DNA from: Sphyrna mokarran
Taxonomy: Eukaryota
Direction of reading: 5' to 3'
Length of the DNA: 64,000 nucleotides
Assembly (NCBI GenBank): GCA_024679065.1
Contig: JAGIQG010000003.1
Coordinates: forward strand, 98,394,001-98,458,000
Part shown: positions 12,745 through 25,186 of the stretch, piece after piece
Layout of the letters: every line of letters begins with the position of its first letter
Position numbering within the stretch: position 1 is the stretch's first letter
Program-made: the position numbers and the translations under genes
Notes under the pieces: model-generated
What the model saw: the letters and a program-made list of their open reading frames with translations, nothing else
Databases searched by the model: none
What the model was told of the DNA's origin: nothing

Positions 12745-14035
12745 GATTCTTAACAAAAACAGAAAATAATGGAAAATCCCAGCATGTCTGGCAGTATCTG
12801 TGTAGAGAGAACAGAGCCAATGTTTTGAGTCTGGACAACCCTTTGTCAGAGCTGAAGACAAAGAAAGTACGCCAAGATTGAAACAGTAAAGGGGAGTTGT
12901 GAAATTGACCAAGATATCATAGACAAAAGATCAAAGGGACTAAAAATGTAGATAAAGGCTGAAAAGAGTGCGAATAGCATCCATTAAGATATTGGAATGT
13001 ATAAATGGCGGAACAAGGATCTGGAGTGTCAAAGGACAACCTGAGGAATGTGGCAGATGGCCCTAGTGAGATGGACAAGGGGCAGGGGGAGTGAGGAACA
13101 AAATAGAAAGTGAGATTTAGAAGTAGCAAATAAAACTATGAAAAAAATTAAAACTTAAAACATATAATAAGAAGATAAAGTAATAAAAGAAACTAAAAGA
13201 AGTAAAATAAGTGAAAATGGAGTGGAGGTGAAGGAGAAGTTCATGCTCTGAAATTGTTGAACTCAATGTTCAGTCCGGAAGGCTGTAAAGTGCCTAATGG
13301 GTATATCAGGTGGTGTTCTTCCAGTTTGCATTAGGCTTCACTCGAACATTACAACAGGCCAAAGACAGGCATGGGGCAAAAGAAAGGATGGTGTGCTGAA
13401 ATGGCAAGTGATAGGAAGGTTGGTGAAATGGCAAGTGATAGGAAGGTCGGAGTAGGGGTCAAGAGAAAGGATGGTGTGCTGAAATGGCAAGTGATAGGAA
13501 GGTCAGGGTCATGCTTGTGGACAGACTGAAGGGGTACTGTGAAACGGTCACTGAGTCTGCGTTTGGTCTCTCTGATGTAGAATAGACCAGATTGGGAGCA
13601 GTGAATGCAATAAAACAGATTGAAGGAGGTGCATGTGAAGTGCTGCTTCCCCTTAAAAAAGTATTTGGCTTCTGGGATAGTGTTCAGAAAGGATGTAAGA
13701 GGACAGGTGCTGCGCCTTCTGTGACAACATGGGAAAGCGCTGTGGGGTGAAGTGATGAATGTGGTGAAGGAGTGGACCAGGATGTCCCAGAGGGAGCGGT
13801 CACTGCAGAACACTGACAGGGGGAGTGAGGAGAACATATGTTTGGTGGTGGCGTTGTGCTGGAGTTGGCTGAAATGGTGGAAGCATTTGAATACGGAGAC
13901 TGATGGGATGAAAAGTGAGGACATCCTGGTTTTTGGAAGGGGGGGGAGGAGTGGGAGCACTGGTGTGGGAGATGGGTAATACAGGATTGAGACCCCTGTC
14001 AACCACAGTGGGTGAAAACCACAATTAAGGAAATA
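12745..14035 (-). mobile_element. Penelope-like element 3' part (GIY-YIG endonuclease plus terminal repeat)
   Basis: ORF 13349-14167(-) contains HFTCTSFNLFYCIHCSQSGLFYIRETKRRLSDRF…HF (GIY-YIG domain of vertebrate PLEs). The terminal segment 12745-12860 is homologous to 36590-36690. Confidence 0.85.
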
Positions 14036-14049
14036 GGTCTCTTTTTTTG

Positions 14050-14495
14050 AGATTCTCCTGTTTAGAAGTAGATCTTTCTCTTGAGGTGGTTGTATGAGAG
14101 AAGATGGGTGTCTGTCTGGATCTCTGGAGTTGTTAAAAGGTTTGAAATCTAGCATCCACATGACCATATCTGTTTTTTGGTGCTAACTGGTTCTGAAAAA
14201 GGGGTTTATGTCTATGGGTTTCTGCTGACATTGGAACTATAGAAATAGCTAGCTGTTAAGAATTATAATTTGTCATGTTTAAGTATTTAAATTGGTAAAC
14301 ATTATGCTCATTCTTTTTGTTATATTTTGTTATATTAGATAACATTTGTTTACCACTAGGAAAAGCTTTCTAGTGGGTCAATCGAACCATACTTGGAATG
14401 GAATATCTTATGTTCACTCTAATGCCAAAATCATAAAAGTTAGGGTGTAGACTAATTTCATAATATGGCCTGGAGTTTCTGATCTGGTCCCTAAT
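14050..14495 (+). mobile_element. Probable LTR fragment
   Basis: Non-coding T-rich segment ending GTTTCTGATCTGGTCCCTAA, resembling recalled shark Gypsy-type LTR ends. It truncates the Penelope copy. Confidence 0.35.
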
Positions 14496-14534
14496 GTTGG
14501 AAACACTCACTCGTCCCTCACAAATATATGTGTA

Positions 14535-16595
14535 AAATTCTTCATTCAAGGGAGGAAGTGTTAGAGCTTCTAAGAAGCATTAAAACTGATAAATCTCCGG
14601 GGCCTGATGGCATTTATCCCAGGCTGCTTAGGGAGGTGTGAGGTGAAATTGCTGGGCCTCTGACGCAAATCTTTGTCTCTTCTTTGGACACAGGTAAGGT
14701 CCCAGAGCACTGGAGAATAGCTAATATTGTATCGTTGTTTAAAAACGGTAGTAGGGATAACCCTGGAAATTTTAGGCCAGTGAGTTTGATGTCAGTGGTA
14801 GGGAAGCTGTTGGAGGGGATTCTTAGAGATAAGATGTATAGGCACTTAGAGCATTGCGAACTGATTAGGGATATGCAGCATGGCTTTGTTAAGGGGAGGT
14901 CGTGTCTTACGAATCTGGTAGAATTTTTTGAGGAGGTGACGAAAACGGTCAACAAAGGGACGTTGATGTCGTCTATATGGATTTCAATAAGGTGTTTGAC
15001 AAAGTCCCTCATGGGAGGTTAGTTGAAAAGGTCAAGACTTATGGCATACAAGGACAGGTAGCTAGATGGATGAGTAACCAGCTTAGTAAGAGGAGACAGA
15101 GAGTAATAGTGGAAGGGTGTTTTTCTAGCTGGAGGTCGGTCACTAGTGGTGTGCCGCAGGGCTCAGTACTGGGACCTTTTCTATTTGTAATATATATAAA
15201 TGACTTGGAAGAGGGAGTAAGTGGAGTGATCAGCAAGTTTGCAGACGATAAAGATGGCTGGACTTGCGGATAGTGAGGAGCATTGTCAGGCGATGCAGCA
15301 GGACATAGATAGGCTGGTAGCTTGTGCAGACAGATGGCAGATGGAATTCAATCCTGATAAATGTGAGGTAATGCATTTCGGGAGAAAGAATGTAGGGGGA
15401 GGTATATGATAAAAGGTAGACCTATTAAGAGTATAGAAACGCAGAGGGACCTGGGGGTGCAGGTGAACAAGTCTCTGAAGGTGGCAGAGCAAATGGAGAA
15501 GGTTGTGAAGAAAGCATATAGTATGTTAGCCTTTATAGGAAGGGGTATAGAGTACAAGAGCTGGCCTTTAATGTTGCAGTTGTATAAAACATTAGTTAGA
15601 CCTCATTTGGAATACTGCGTCCAGTTCTGGTCACCTTACTACCGGAAGGATATGGAGACTCTGGAGAGAGTGCAGAGGAGGTTTACCAGGATGCTGCCTG
15701 GTATAGAAGGTCTGAGTTACAAGGAAAGGTTAGGCAAATTGGGACTGTTTTCCTTAGAAAGATGTAGACTTAGAGGAGATCTAATAGAGGTGTGCAAGAT
15801 TATGAGGGGTATAGATAGAGTAAACAGGATTAAGCTTTTTCCTAGGATGGAGTTGAATAGCAAGGGGGGTCACGGGGTGAGGGGGGTAAGGTATAATTTG
15901 GATGCTAGAGGGAGTTTTTTCACAGAGGGTGGTGGGGGTATTGAATGCGCTGCCAAGTGAAGTGGTGGAAGCAAGCACTCTGGAGTTATTTAAGAGATAC
16001 TTAGATGGGCACATGAACAGAATGGGAATGGAGGGGTATAGAAAACTGATTTAAAATAGGGATCATGAGCCTTGGGAGTCCCTGGGAAGTGTGTAAATAG
16101 ACGATGATATTGATGTATTTGCTTTTAGCCTACAGGTGCTTTGGTCTGCCTTGTTATCTAACAAGGGGCATACACACGATGGGTTGTGGGAGGGCTGCTC
16201 TTGGATTTTTCGAGAGTATCCTAGTGCTTCACATCATTAGTGTACGCTTGACCCGGACCATTTGATAGGCAAGATGACAGCTCAGTGACTATCACTGTGC
16301 TGTGCAGATACATGGGTTTGGGCCTGTGTCTGTGGGAGTTTGTGCATTCTCCCCGTGCTTGTGTGGGTTTTCACCAGGTGCTCCGGTTTCCTCCCACATC
16401 CCAAAGATGTGCTCTTAGGCTAATTGGCAAAATAAATTCTCCCTCAATTGTCTTAAATTTGGTTTTTACTCCATTGATCTATAAACATAGACAGGGATCA
16501 CGGGTAGAGGTGGGAACATCAGGGTGGTGGCACGGGCTCCTTGGGCTGAAGAACCTGTTTCCCATGCTGTTTTTGTTCTTTGTTCGTTGTTCTTT
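14535..16595 (+). mobile_element. Relatively young 5'-truncated CR1 LINE (ORF2 RT pseudogene) with long 3' UTR
   Basis: [77 protein letters not shown] and LVRPHLEYCVQFWSP are spread over a few frames (ORFs 14684, 14977, 15406). The tail is TTGTTCTTTGTTCGTTGTTCTTT. Confidence 0.95.
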
Positions 16596-18064
16596 ATTCA
16601 GATTACACTGAAGATACAAAGTATTTACTGTCCATAAATATATGTACCCTAAGGATACATGGTATATCATAAAATCATGAATCTGAACATATTGGGTGCA
16701 TTCCCATCTGCGATTTGTGCTACACTCTCTCTACAGCAAGGTTGGAGATATTGGTGGCTACTGTTCTCTACAGTAGGATAGGAAAATCCCACTGGCTTGA
16801 ACGGTGAAAAGGTTCTGGCCATTATCTGCCAACTCTTTTCATTGTAAATTCTTACAAGCAAACTTGCATTGGAGACTGCCAGTGTAATCCTGCAAAAGCA
16901 CTCTCTCAAAGATGGATGCAGTGTAATGTCACCACAGTTTGGAGGGCAAAATGACAGCATGACAAACCAACATTGGCAGTTTCCATAAGAACAGAGGTGC
17001 TAAACCCATGGATCTTGGCACCTATACTGCCACTGCAAAGAAAAACGGAATCACCGCAAAGGTGTTTCAGTGAATTTGCAGGGTCACTTTTCAGTAGTAG
17101 TTTGTCACTTCTCTTTTTCTGTGTAGCATCCTTGTAGTGGAGGCTTGCTAATCCTGACTTAAGCCTTGATACCACTTAGGGGTAAGGTGAGGAGGCACAA
17201 ACCAAGAGGTACCTCAACTAGTTAAAGGGTTGAACATCCCCTCCCCAGCCCTTGCTTAATTCTGCCCCTTCTCTGGAATCGTGGTCTGCTTGTGATGCTC
17301 CTTTGTTGCAGTTTCCTCGTATCATGTGACATCAAAGAATTCAAGCCTCAACTTATGAACAACACACCCAGTATACATTCTGTAATAAAAATGCAATCTT
17401 ACTGTATCATCATGAATTAGTGATTCCCATATGTTGTCTTTTACGTTATGGAAAACAACGATTTCCCTGATTCACAATACTGTAGGAGATCTCTGAGTTA
17501 TATATTAAAACTTCTGTGTTGAATGTCTGCTGCTGTCATGCACTTCCTGCAATGCTTCCACCTCACTAGTTTAGTATAACAGCTTAGAAAACTTTGTTTC
17601 TTCATCAGCTAATTGGACTACTTCTCTCATATAACTGACCAATGCTTTTTAAAAGTTGCAGCAGACTATGCACAAGTAGATTAAAGTTGCTTCAAGCTAT
17701 GTGTGTATGTGAAAACGTTAATCCTTTTTTAAACAATAAATCTTACAATTAAAACAATTTGCACTTTCAACTCACGGTTGACTTACAATTTTATACTGTA
17801 TACGTTTCAGCAACCTTGCTTCAGAAATGTACCAATTCTAAACCATCTCCTACTTGTTAATTGAACTGTCAAACAAATTCCAGATTCTTATCTGCAATCT
17901 GACTTTTAAGTGAACTGACCACTCAATCCAAGACGCTCTGCACTTTTATAGTTAAAGGGACACACAACTACCCTCTATTTTAACATTGTACAATATTCTT
18001 GTCCTTAGAAATTATATTATTTGACTTCCCATGAGCAGTGTCATGAGAGATTTTGCAGTAAAAA

Positions 18065-18489
18065 TTTGAATAGACTGGGACTTTTTTCTCTGGAGTGAGG
18101 GAGGCTGAGGGGTAACCTTATAGAGGTCTATAAAATAATGAGGGGCACAGACAAAGTAGATAGTCAGTATCTTTTCCCAGAGGTAGGGAAGTCTAAAACT
18201 AGAGGGCATAGGTTTAAAGTGAGAGAGGAGAGATTCAAAAGTATCCAGAGGGGCAGTTTTTTCACACACAGGGTGGTGAATGAACAAACTGCCAGAAGTA
18301 GCAGTGGAGGCAGGTACAATTTTATCTTTTAAAAAGCATTTAGACAGTTACGTGAGTACAATGGGTTTAGAGGGACATGGGCCAAATGTGGGCAGTCGGG
18401 ATTAGCTTATGGATTTTAAAAAGGGCAGTATGGACAAATTGGGCCAGAGGGCCTGTTTCCACGCTGTAAACCTCTATGACTCTATGACT
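18065..18489 (+). mobile_element. CR1 LINE 3' end
   Basis: RLGLFSLE…RLRGNLIEVYKIMRGTDKVDSQYLFP…KTRGHRFKVR, ending GGCCTGTTTCCACGCTGTAAACCTCTATGACTCTATGACT (octamer tail). Confidence 0.92.
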
Positions 18490-20080
18490 TTAGAAGTATT
18501 ACATACAACATGTATTATCATGATCTTTATGTTTGGTTTTGTGTAACAATTTTATATCATACCTAATTGCAGACAAATATTTTAATTCTTAAATTTATAC
18601 TGTAGATTTCTTGCAATTGATTGAATAATATTCAAACTTCTTCTACTCAAACAAATACCCTCCTCTAGACTGAGTGATTTGCAAATAGAAATACCTAAAT
18701 GTTAAATATTTTTCAAATCACATTTAACCACATAGCTATAGTTAGTATTTTTTAATTAAGCTTTGTTCTTTTCAGATGCTGTCTTCTAAATAGTATTACC
18801 AGATGAAAGTAACTTATTTATGGTTTTCATGGAAAAATTACCAGAACCATAGTTAGATTCTAAAACTACTAGAATAAGTTGAAGGATGCAGGAAATTTAA
18901 TATTGTAATTTGATTTACATTCAATTGGCATGAATCAGAGGCCCAGAAATTTTACATGTCATCAAAATGACAAATGAAGATATAATTTAAGGGTTGCAAT
19001 ATCTTGGCACGGAATAAGTATGTAAAAGCTATTTTGTTGGTTCTGATGGCTTTGTTCTGTGCCACATCACAAAATATTGTTCTATTATCTTTTATCAGTT
19101 TTAGTTAGGCCAAAGCAACGGGAAGTTAAGGAGGAGCTATGTCAGTTAACTGGAGTTTAAAATTATTTTCTGCATCCTATAGGCAGAATATGCAAACAGT
19201 ACCTTGGATTGAATTATTTGAATTGTTTGATTTTTTTGTTGAAGTAGTTTATATTTATAATTTCCTTTTTGTTATATATTTTTATTTATTAATGATTTCT
19301 TTGTGATACGGTGAGTGGAAGGGAATGTTATTTTACATAACAAGGTGTCATGTGGTGTAATATACAATGCAATTCACTGGCAGTAAAGTGCAGTGGTTGT
19401 GAGAAAGCTTTATATAAATGCAAGCATTTATTTTTGCCTTTGGGTTGTACTACAAGAGGTAACTTCAAGTTGTATAGATTTGATCAATAATGTAGAATAC
19501 CCATTTATCTTTTACCACAGCTGTTTCCGTCCTCAGGCTGGATTTAAAATTTGGGATCCATTTGATGTCGTTGGATCCTAATATGGAAATTCAGTAAGGA
19601 CACTACCAGCTGTAGATGACTGCTGTACCTTTAGAAGATTAAAATTGGATATGGCAGGATCTAGGCAACTTCCTGGTGAAAAAGAGAGCCAGTGCATTTT
19701 AGCTGTTCTGTTTCATTGTTTGTGGACATTCACTTATAGGGCAGAATTCTAACTGCAAAACAGAGAGGGTTTTGAGTGAGAGGGAAGGGGGTTAGAGGGT
19801 CATGGTGGCAAGAGGTGTGGTTAAAGACTTCAAAAGTGGCAACATGTCAGGTGCCTGATGTGATCCCACTATATTCAGGGTTTGCAGGTGAGCAGAGAAC
19901 ACTTGCTGGGTAAATTATGAAAATATGTGAAGGAGCAATCAATATGGGATTTAATCCTGCATTCTATTCTGGCTTTAATAGCCAACGCATTGTCTCCTAA
20001 ATTGTGCAGAGCACTCCAGGCTGATATCATAATTTCAAGTGCTAATTCAGTAAAACTGACTGGTTGGGTAGCTTTCATGA

Positions 20081-20216
20081 TGTGGAGATGCCGGCATTGG
20101 ACTGGGGTAAACACAGTAAGAAGTCTCACAACACCAGGTTAAAGTCCAACAGATTTTTTTGGTAATATCAAATAAACCTGTTAGACTTTAACCTGGTGTT
20201 GTGAGCCTTCTTACTG
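20081..20216. mobile_element. Penelope-terminus fold-back (palindromic remnant)
   Basis: GGAGATGCCGGCATTGGACTGGGG…CAACACCAGGTTAAAGTCCAACAG followed by its inverted copy. Same family as 25187-25410. Confidence 0.8.
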
Positions 20217-20299
20217 GGCAGCTTTTGATCAGCAAAACTGAATAATGGCAATCATACTTAGATCAGAAACTGCTGTTCCCAGTACTTTGCTGCTTCACA

Positions 20300-21200
20300 A
20301 GTGATTTCCTGCTTCTTGAAGTGAATTTACTTGGGCTTCACCTATCTTTTATTGTAATGTCCTGCTGTCAGTCTTTACTGCACCCTGGGAACAGCTATGC
20401 AGTGTGCTTCTATTAGGAACAAGTGGAGCAGTACCACTATCAGCATCAGCTACCTTCTGCTCAGCCAGTGCACAGGATGGAAGAGATGGACACACAGATT
20501 CAGCTTGAATTGAGAACACCCCCACTTCAGAGTCTGGAGAGAAAAGATCAGTTCTTTTGACATGTGTTGGCACTGGCCTCAGAAGGCTCAGGCTTTTATG
20601 GCAGGTCTTGGCTGATATCTGCTGTCTCCTGGAACAAGATCCTGTTCTCGCTGGAGCAGGTAGTATGCGCAGGAGCCATCAGCCTCTTCCACCCTTGGTG
20701 CTCCACTTCTCTGGAGTTCGACAGTGCTTCAGTGATGAGAAAAAGCACTAAGTGTGAGTAGTGGATTGCCCGAAGAGGAGGGGAGGGATTTGTGGAAGCA
20801 TGGATGTTAAGTGACATGAAGTTGAGTGAGAGCATATGTGTTTGTTGTTTAGACACAGATGAAACGTCTAGCGAGAGGGAAATAAGAGGAGTCCCAAGGT
20901 GTGTTGAGAAGGAGTGCTTTGCAGCAGAATTCTGAGAAAGTCAAGAGTATGAGACTTGGCCGCTGACAGTGTTATGTCAGTCACCTTCCCTGCCTTTCTC
21001 ATGTCCTGAAGCCTCTTGCTGCACTGACTCCAGTTTGAAGGGACCACACTTCTACTGCTCATTTCCTCTGCCACTTCCATTCATGCCTGATTGTTTTGGA
21101 GCAGCTGGTCATTTTCTTCTGTCATTGGTAAATATCATCTCATCTCAATCTCTCAGATCCACCAGGAAAATCTCCAGGTAAGAGTCTGAGACCTGGGGTG
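20300..21200 (-). mobile_element. Harbinger Myb/SANT-like ORF remnant
   Basis: ORF 20868-21080(-) MEVAEEMSSRSVVPSNWSQCSKRLQDMRK matches the W.EVA..VS…R.W.QC.K.F.D motif of Harbinger-associated Myb-like proteins. Confidence 0.55.
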
Positions 21201-21567
21201 GGGTGGTGGTGGTGTAGAGAAGAGGTGAGAACAACTTTTCCTGTTCTCCTCTCCATTCCTCAGATTACTATGGCCACAAGATTCAGTGCACAATTTAACC
21301 ATTTTGACTCTTCCCTTAACTAGAGATCCTTACTTTAAAAATTTGGCATATTGAAATGCCCATCCTCAGTGATTGGTAGGGAAATCCCAAAGAGATATGT
21401 TAATGCCATGGCTCAGTTGAAGAGCCATGACAAAGTCCACCTCAGTTAGAAACAGATTCCTGACCTGCCATTGGTTAACTCGCTGCATGCAAGATCTTGC
21501 TTTTGTGGCAAGCAAGAGAAAGAGATGATATGAATTTGACAGTCACTACAGTTTATCTTCTACTTTC

Positions 21568-21895
21568 CAACAACAACTTATACTTATTAAGCACCTTTAA
21601 TGTAACGAAACATCCCAAGATACTTTATAGGAAATCAATTATACAAAAGTAAGTATGACATCGAGTAACGTAAGGAGATATTCGGACAGATGGCCAAAAT
21701 CTTGATGAAAGATGTTTGCTTAAAGAAGTGTCTGAAAGGATGAATGTGAGTAGGGAGGGAATTCAGAGCCTGGGCCTAGGCAACTGAAGGCACAGCTAGC
21801 AGTGATGGAGCAGTTATAATTGGGAATGCTCAAGAGGCCAGGATTAGAGGAGGGCAGATATCTCAGAGGGATCTACGGTGGGAGGAGATTACAAA
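21568..21895 (-). mobile_element. L2-like LINE 3' end
   Basis: CAACAACAACTTATACTTATTAAGCACCTTTAATGTAACGAAACATCCCAAG…GGGAGGGAATTCAGAGCCTGGGCCTAGGCAACTGAAGGCAC is the reverse of an L2 tail. Confidence 0.7.
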
Positions 21896-23879
21896 GTGCC
21901 TGGACTACCAATTTCCTGGATTAATTAGTCATTAATTGATTTGTCATTAATCAATTGATGTGCATGTTCTTGCAGTAGCCTTTTATGACACATATAGCCT
22001 ATTACAATCTCTAATAAAATAAGCAATCCTTAGGTCTCACTGTCTTTTCCAGTCTCTCAGACATACACTCCAAAAGACATCTTGATACAAGATCATTACA
22101 ATGCATAGAGCAAAACATATACTCTTGCTCTCTGCATAAGGGCAAAGTATGTTATGTTTTATATCTAATTTTTCTGATTGACTAAACAGTTCATTATTCA
22201 GTTGGCACTCTTAACTGTGACAGGTTTCACCAAAGATAATTAGTGAGTTTCATTTACAAAACACATTCACTGTGTTCGTATGACTTTCTGATTTCCAAAA
22301 TTTAAATGTTATACTTAGAATGTATTATGGTAGCTGCAGAGATTGGATCCTGTGATTAATTTACTGATTTTTTTGTCTGAAGATATGTAATTTTTGTACC
22401 CACAGATCACTTAGGGCTGTCATTAAACATTTAAAATGTAAAAAAAAGTTAGGTTCAAAAGATGGTAGCTTTGACTGAATAATGTAAAATGACTGTAGGG
22501 CAACGAAATAACTGGGTTTGTACAGAGAAATACATTTCTGCTCTTTTTTCTAGAATGAAAAGCTATATTTCTGTAACAAAAGCCTTTATTGTTTCAGTCT
22601 AGAAGTTCACAGTCTCTTCCTTCTCTCCATGCCCCCAGTTCTCACCACCACCCCCACCCCACACAAAGCACACATGCATGAACATGTTTGTGGTTATATA
22701 CATAGTTTATATTCCATTGCCCATCTGTCTATGTGTTGTTGCGTTGGTAGTTGGAATCAAAAAGAGGGAAGCTGAAATTGAATAAATGCTAAGCTGTCAG
22801 ACAAACAGGAATGTTAAACAGAAGTCAGAGTAGGTGTTGAAAGTGAAGTAAATTTTAGTGAAACTATGTAACAGAAACGAACTGATGGTGATTTGTAACA
22901 AAATCTCCATGGAGAGACAGCATGACAATGACAAAAGACTGTATTGCTGAATGAGTGAATGCTAACATGAAGTGAATGTGAGGGATATGGAAGGAGCACA
23001 AAATAAGGTAATGACCATAAGATAAGTTGTGGCTGCAAGCAACAGTGAGGCCCACAGAGAAAATGTTAAATAAAGGCAAATTGGATAGCAAGTTATGGCA
23101 ATGCTGTGAGAAGTAAAATAAAAACGGTACAGAAAGCGTGAATTCTAAGACACCTAAATAGAGATCACAAAACACAAGTCAGTCCAACTTATGTTTTTCC
23201 TGCAATTCATGGGAATCTCCTTTCTCAGGCTCTTCCTTTAATTGGGATGCTAACGAAGAGTAATCCTGAAGTGAATATTATCTAGGTTTTCACTGTGAAA
23301 TTTGAGGTCTCATACATAGACATTCTTATAAAGACCAAGGTCAGGACTTTATGTTGCTCAGGCAGGTGTGCGCCCGAAGTGGAAGTGTGTGAGATTATGC
23401 AAGAAGGAATTGACAGCAGATCCCAACGTCATCATGCACTTGCGTAATACTTTTGGCAGCAGGCAAAAGTGGGAATTGGCTGTGTGTCCACCAACAATTA
23501 AACAGCTGGTTAAAGAGGTTAAAATTCCAATTGACTGGAATTTTATGACTCCCATGCGATTTTCAGATCAGCGCATGGGCAACAAGGGCATGCAACCATC
23601 ACATTTATTTACATTTCTTATCTCGGGGCAGGATAAACGGGGGACTGGAGCATTGACTGTGTGTTGTTAGGAGTCAGGTTAAGAGATGGCTGCAGTCTTA
23701 CTGAGATTTCAGACCTTTTCCTCTGGTTTCATGTGAGATATTTGCTTTGTCAACCATGTTCCGAAGACTCTTTTGGTTGGATAATTTTGTTGGAGCATTG
23801 CTGCATGTTGTGACCCTCAGTGCACAGGGCAGTGCCGTCTCCATTTCAGCAGATGGCGATTGGGCAGGGCCATCAGGGA

Positions 23880-24860
23880 GGGCGAGGAGAAATGGTGCCA
23901 TTATCCATTACCACTCTGTACTGCCAGGACCCAGCTACTTCAACATGTCTGACGTCCCATGTGGCAGGAGGCTCTGCCTCTCTAGGACAACCGTGACATT
24001 ATGACATCACATGATAAAGTTGAAGAATCGCCTCCAACTGTGTGGATAGACACCCAGTGTCAGTAGCTCTGAAGGTCACAGAGGTGATCCATATGGATCT
24101 TTCTAGGGCTCAGTAGGGGATCTGAGCAGTGTCTAAATCAATTGCCCATAGCTGCGTCAAGTTCATAATTGACACGCTATTCAGACGAGTCCAAACATTC
24201 ATCCATTATCAGATAAACCAAACCAGCTAGGCTGAGTGAGTCAGAAGCTTTCAGGTATTTTCGAGTTCCCCCACACGCAGGGTGGCATAGACAGCATCTA
24301 TGTGGCCATCAAAGCACTAGTGGGTCAGCCAGGCACCTTTGTGAACAGGAAGAGTTATCATGCTATAAATGCCCAGGTAGAATGTGACCACAGGACACAG
24401 ATACGGCAAGTCTATGTAAGTTATCCTGATAGCTCCCATGATGCATGTATCCTGTGACATTCCCAGGTGCCAAGGCTGTTCCTAGTTAAGCTGGATGACC
24501 CCAGGACGGTGGTGGAAGAGAGACACAATCGGAGTCATGCCACCACAAGGGTCGTGGCTAAGAGGATAATAAAAGCTACTGAAGATGAGCATTCACTGCC
24601 TGGACCATTCTGGAAGGGGGGTATCCCTGCAAAATCCTTCAAGCATGTATCAGTTATTGTTGTGCGATTCTGCACTCTGCATAATCTGGCATTGCCAAGG
24701 GGAAACTCTTCGAAGTTGAGGATGCTGAGGCAGCTGCGCACATCTCTGAGGAAGACTCTACAATGGATCTGCTGAGGGACCTGGCAGACAGAGGATGAGA
24801 ACGAGGAGGTAGCTTTGATGAACTTTCAGGGACTCAGAGACACCAGGGAGGCATTGATTC
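23880..24860 (+). pseudogene. Harbinger (HARBI1-like, DDE_Tnp_4) transposase pseudogene
   Basis: FPHTQGGIDSIYVAIKA…FVNRKSYHAINAQVECDH…YPDSSHDACIL, then EERHNRSHATTRVV…FCTLHNLA. Interrupted by stops and a deletion. Confidence 0.88.
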
Positions 24861-25186
24861 AACCAGTGCTCTTTCATCGAAAATGCCAAGGCTTGGCTTT
24901 TATCTCAATCCAAGGGTACTGCCTTCTTCCTGCATATTTCTGAGACCCCAATGTCACCCAACAACCTCTGTCAAAAATTTTGCTGCTCCTTGAATCCTGA
25001 TGAGGCCCACACAAAGGGAAAACATGTAGGATACTCAGATCATTGCAACATAATACTTACTAAGCAAACTTCCAAACAAGGGTGGTGCAGTGACACAATG
25101 GTTACCATGATGCCTCACAGCAGGATTCAGCTGCCACGTTAGTCCTGATAACGTTGACAGTCATGTTCTGGTCAGTGGAGCCAGGA

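Noticed and set aside
13349-14167. 272-aa ORF as a host gene
   Set aside because: It is a decayed Penelope GIY-YIG segment fused to unrelated upstream sequence, and catalytic-motif residues are altered (YIRET).
14614-15557. Minus-strand ORFs over the CR1
   Set aside because: They are antisense shadows of the RT coding frame.
24236-24775. Domesticated HARBI1 gene
   Set aside because: Stops, frameshifts and a missing catalytic segment, inside a TE with TIRs, mark it as a transposon fossil.
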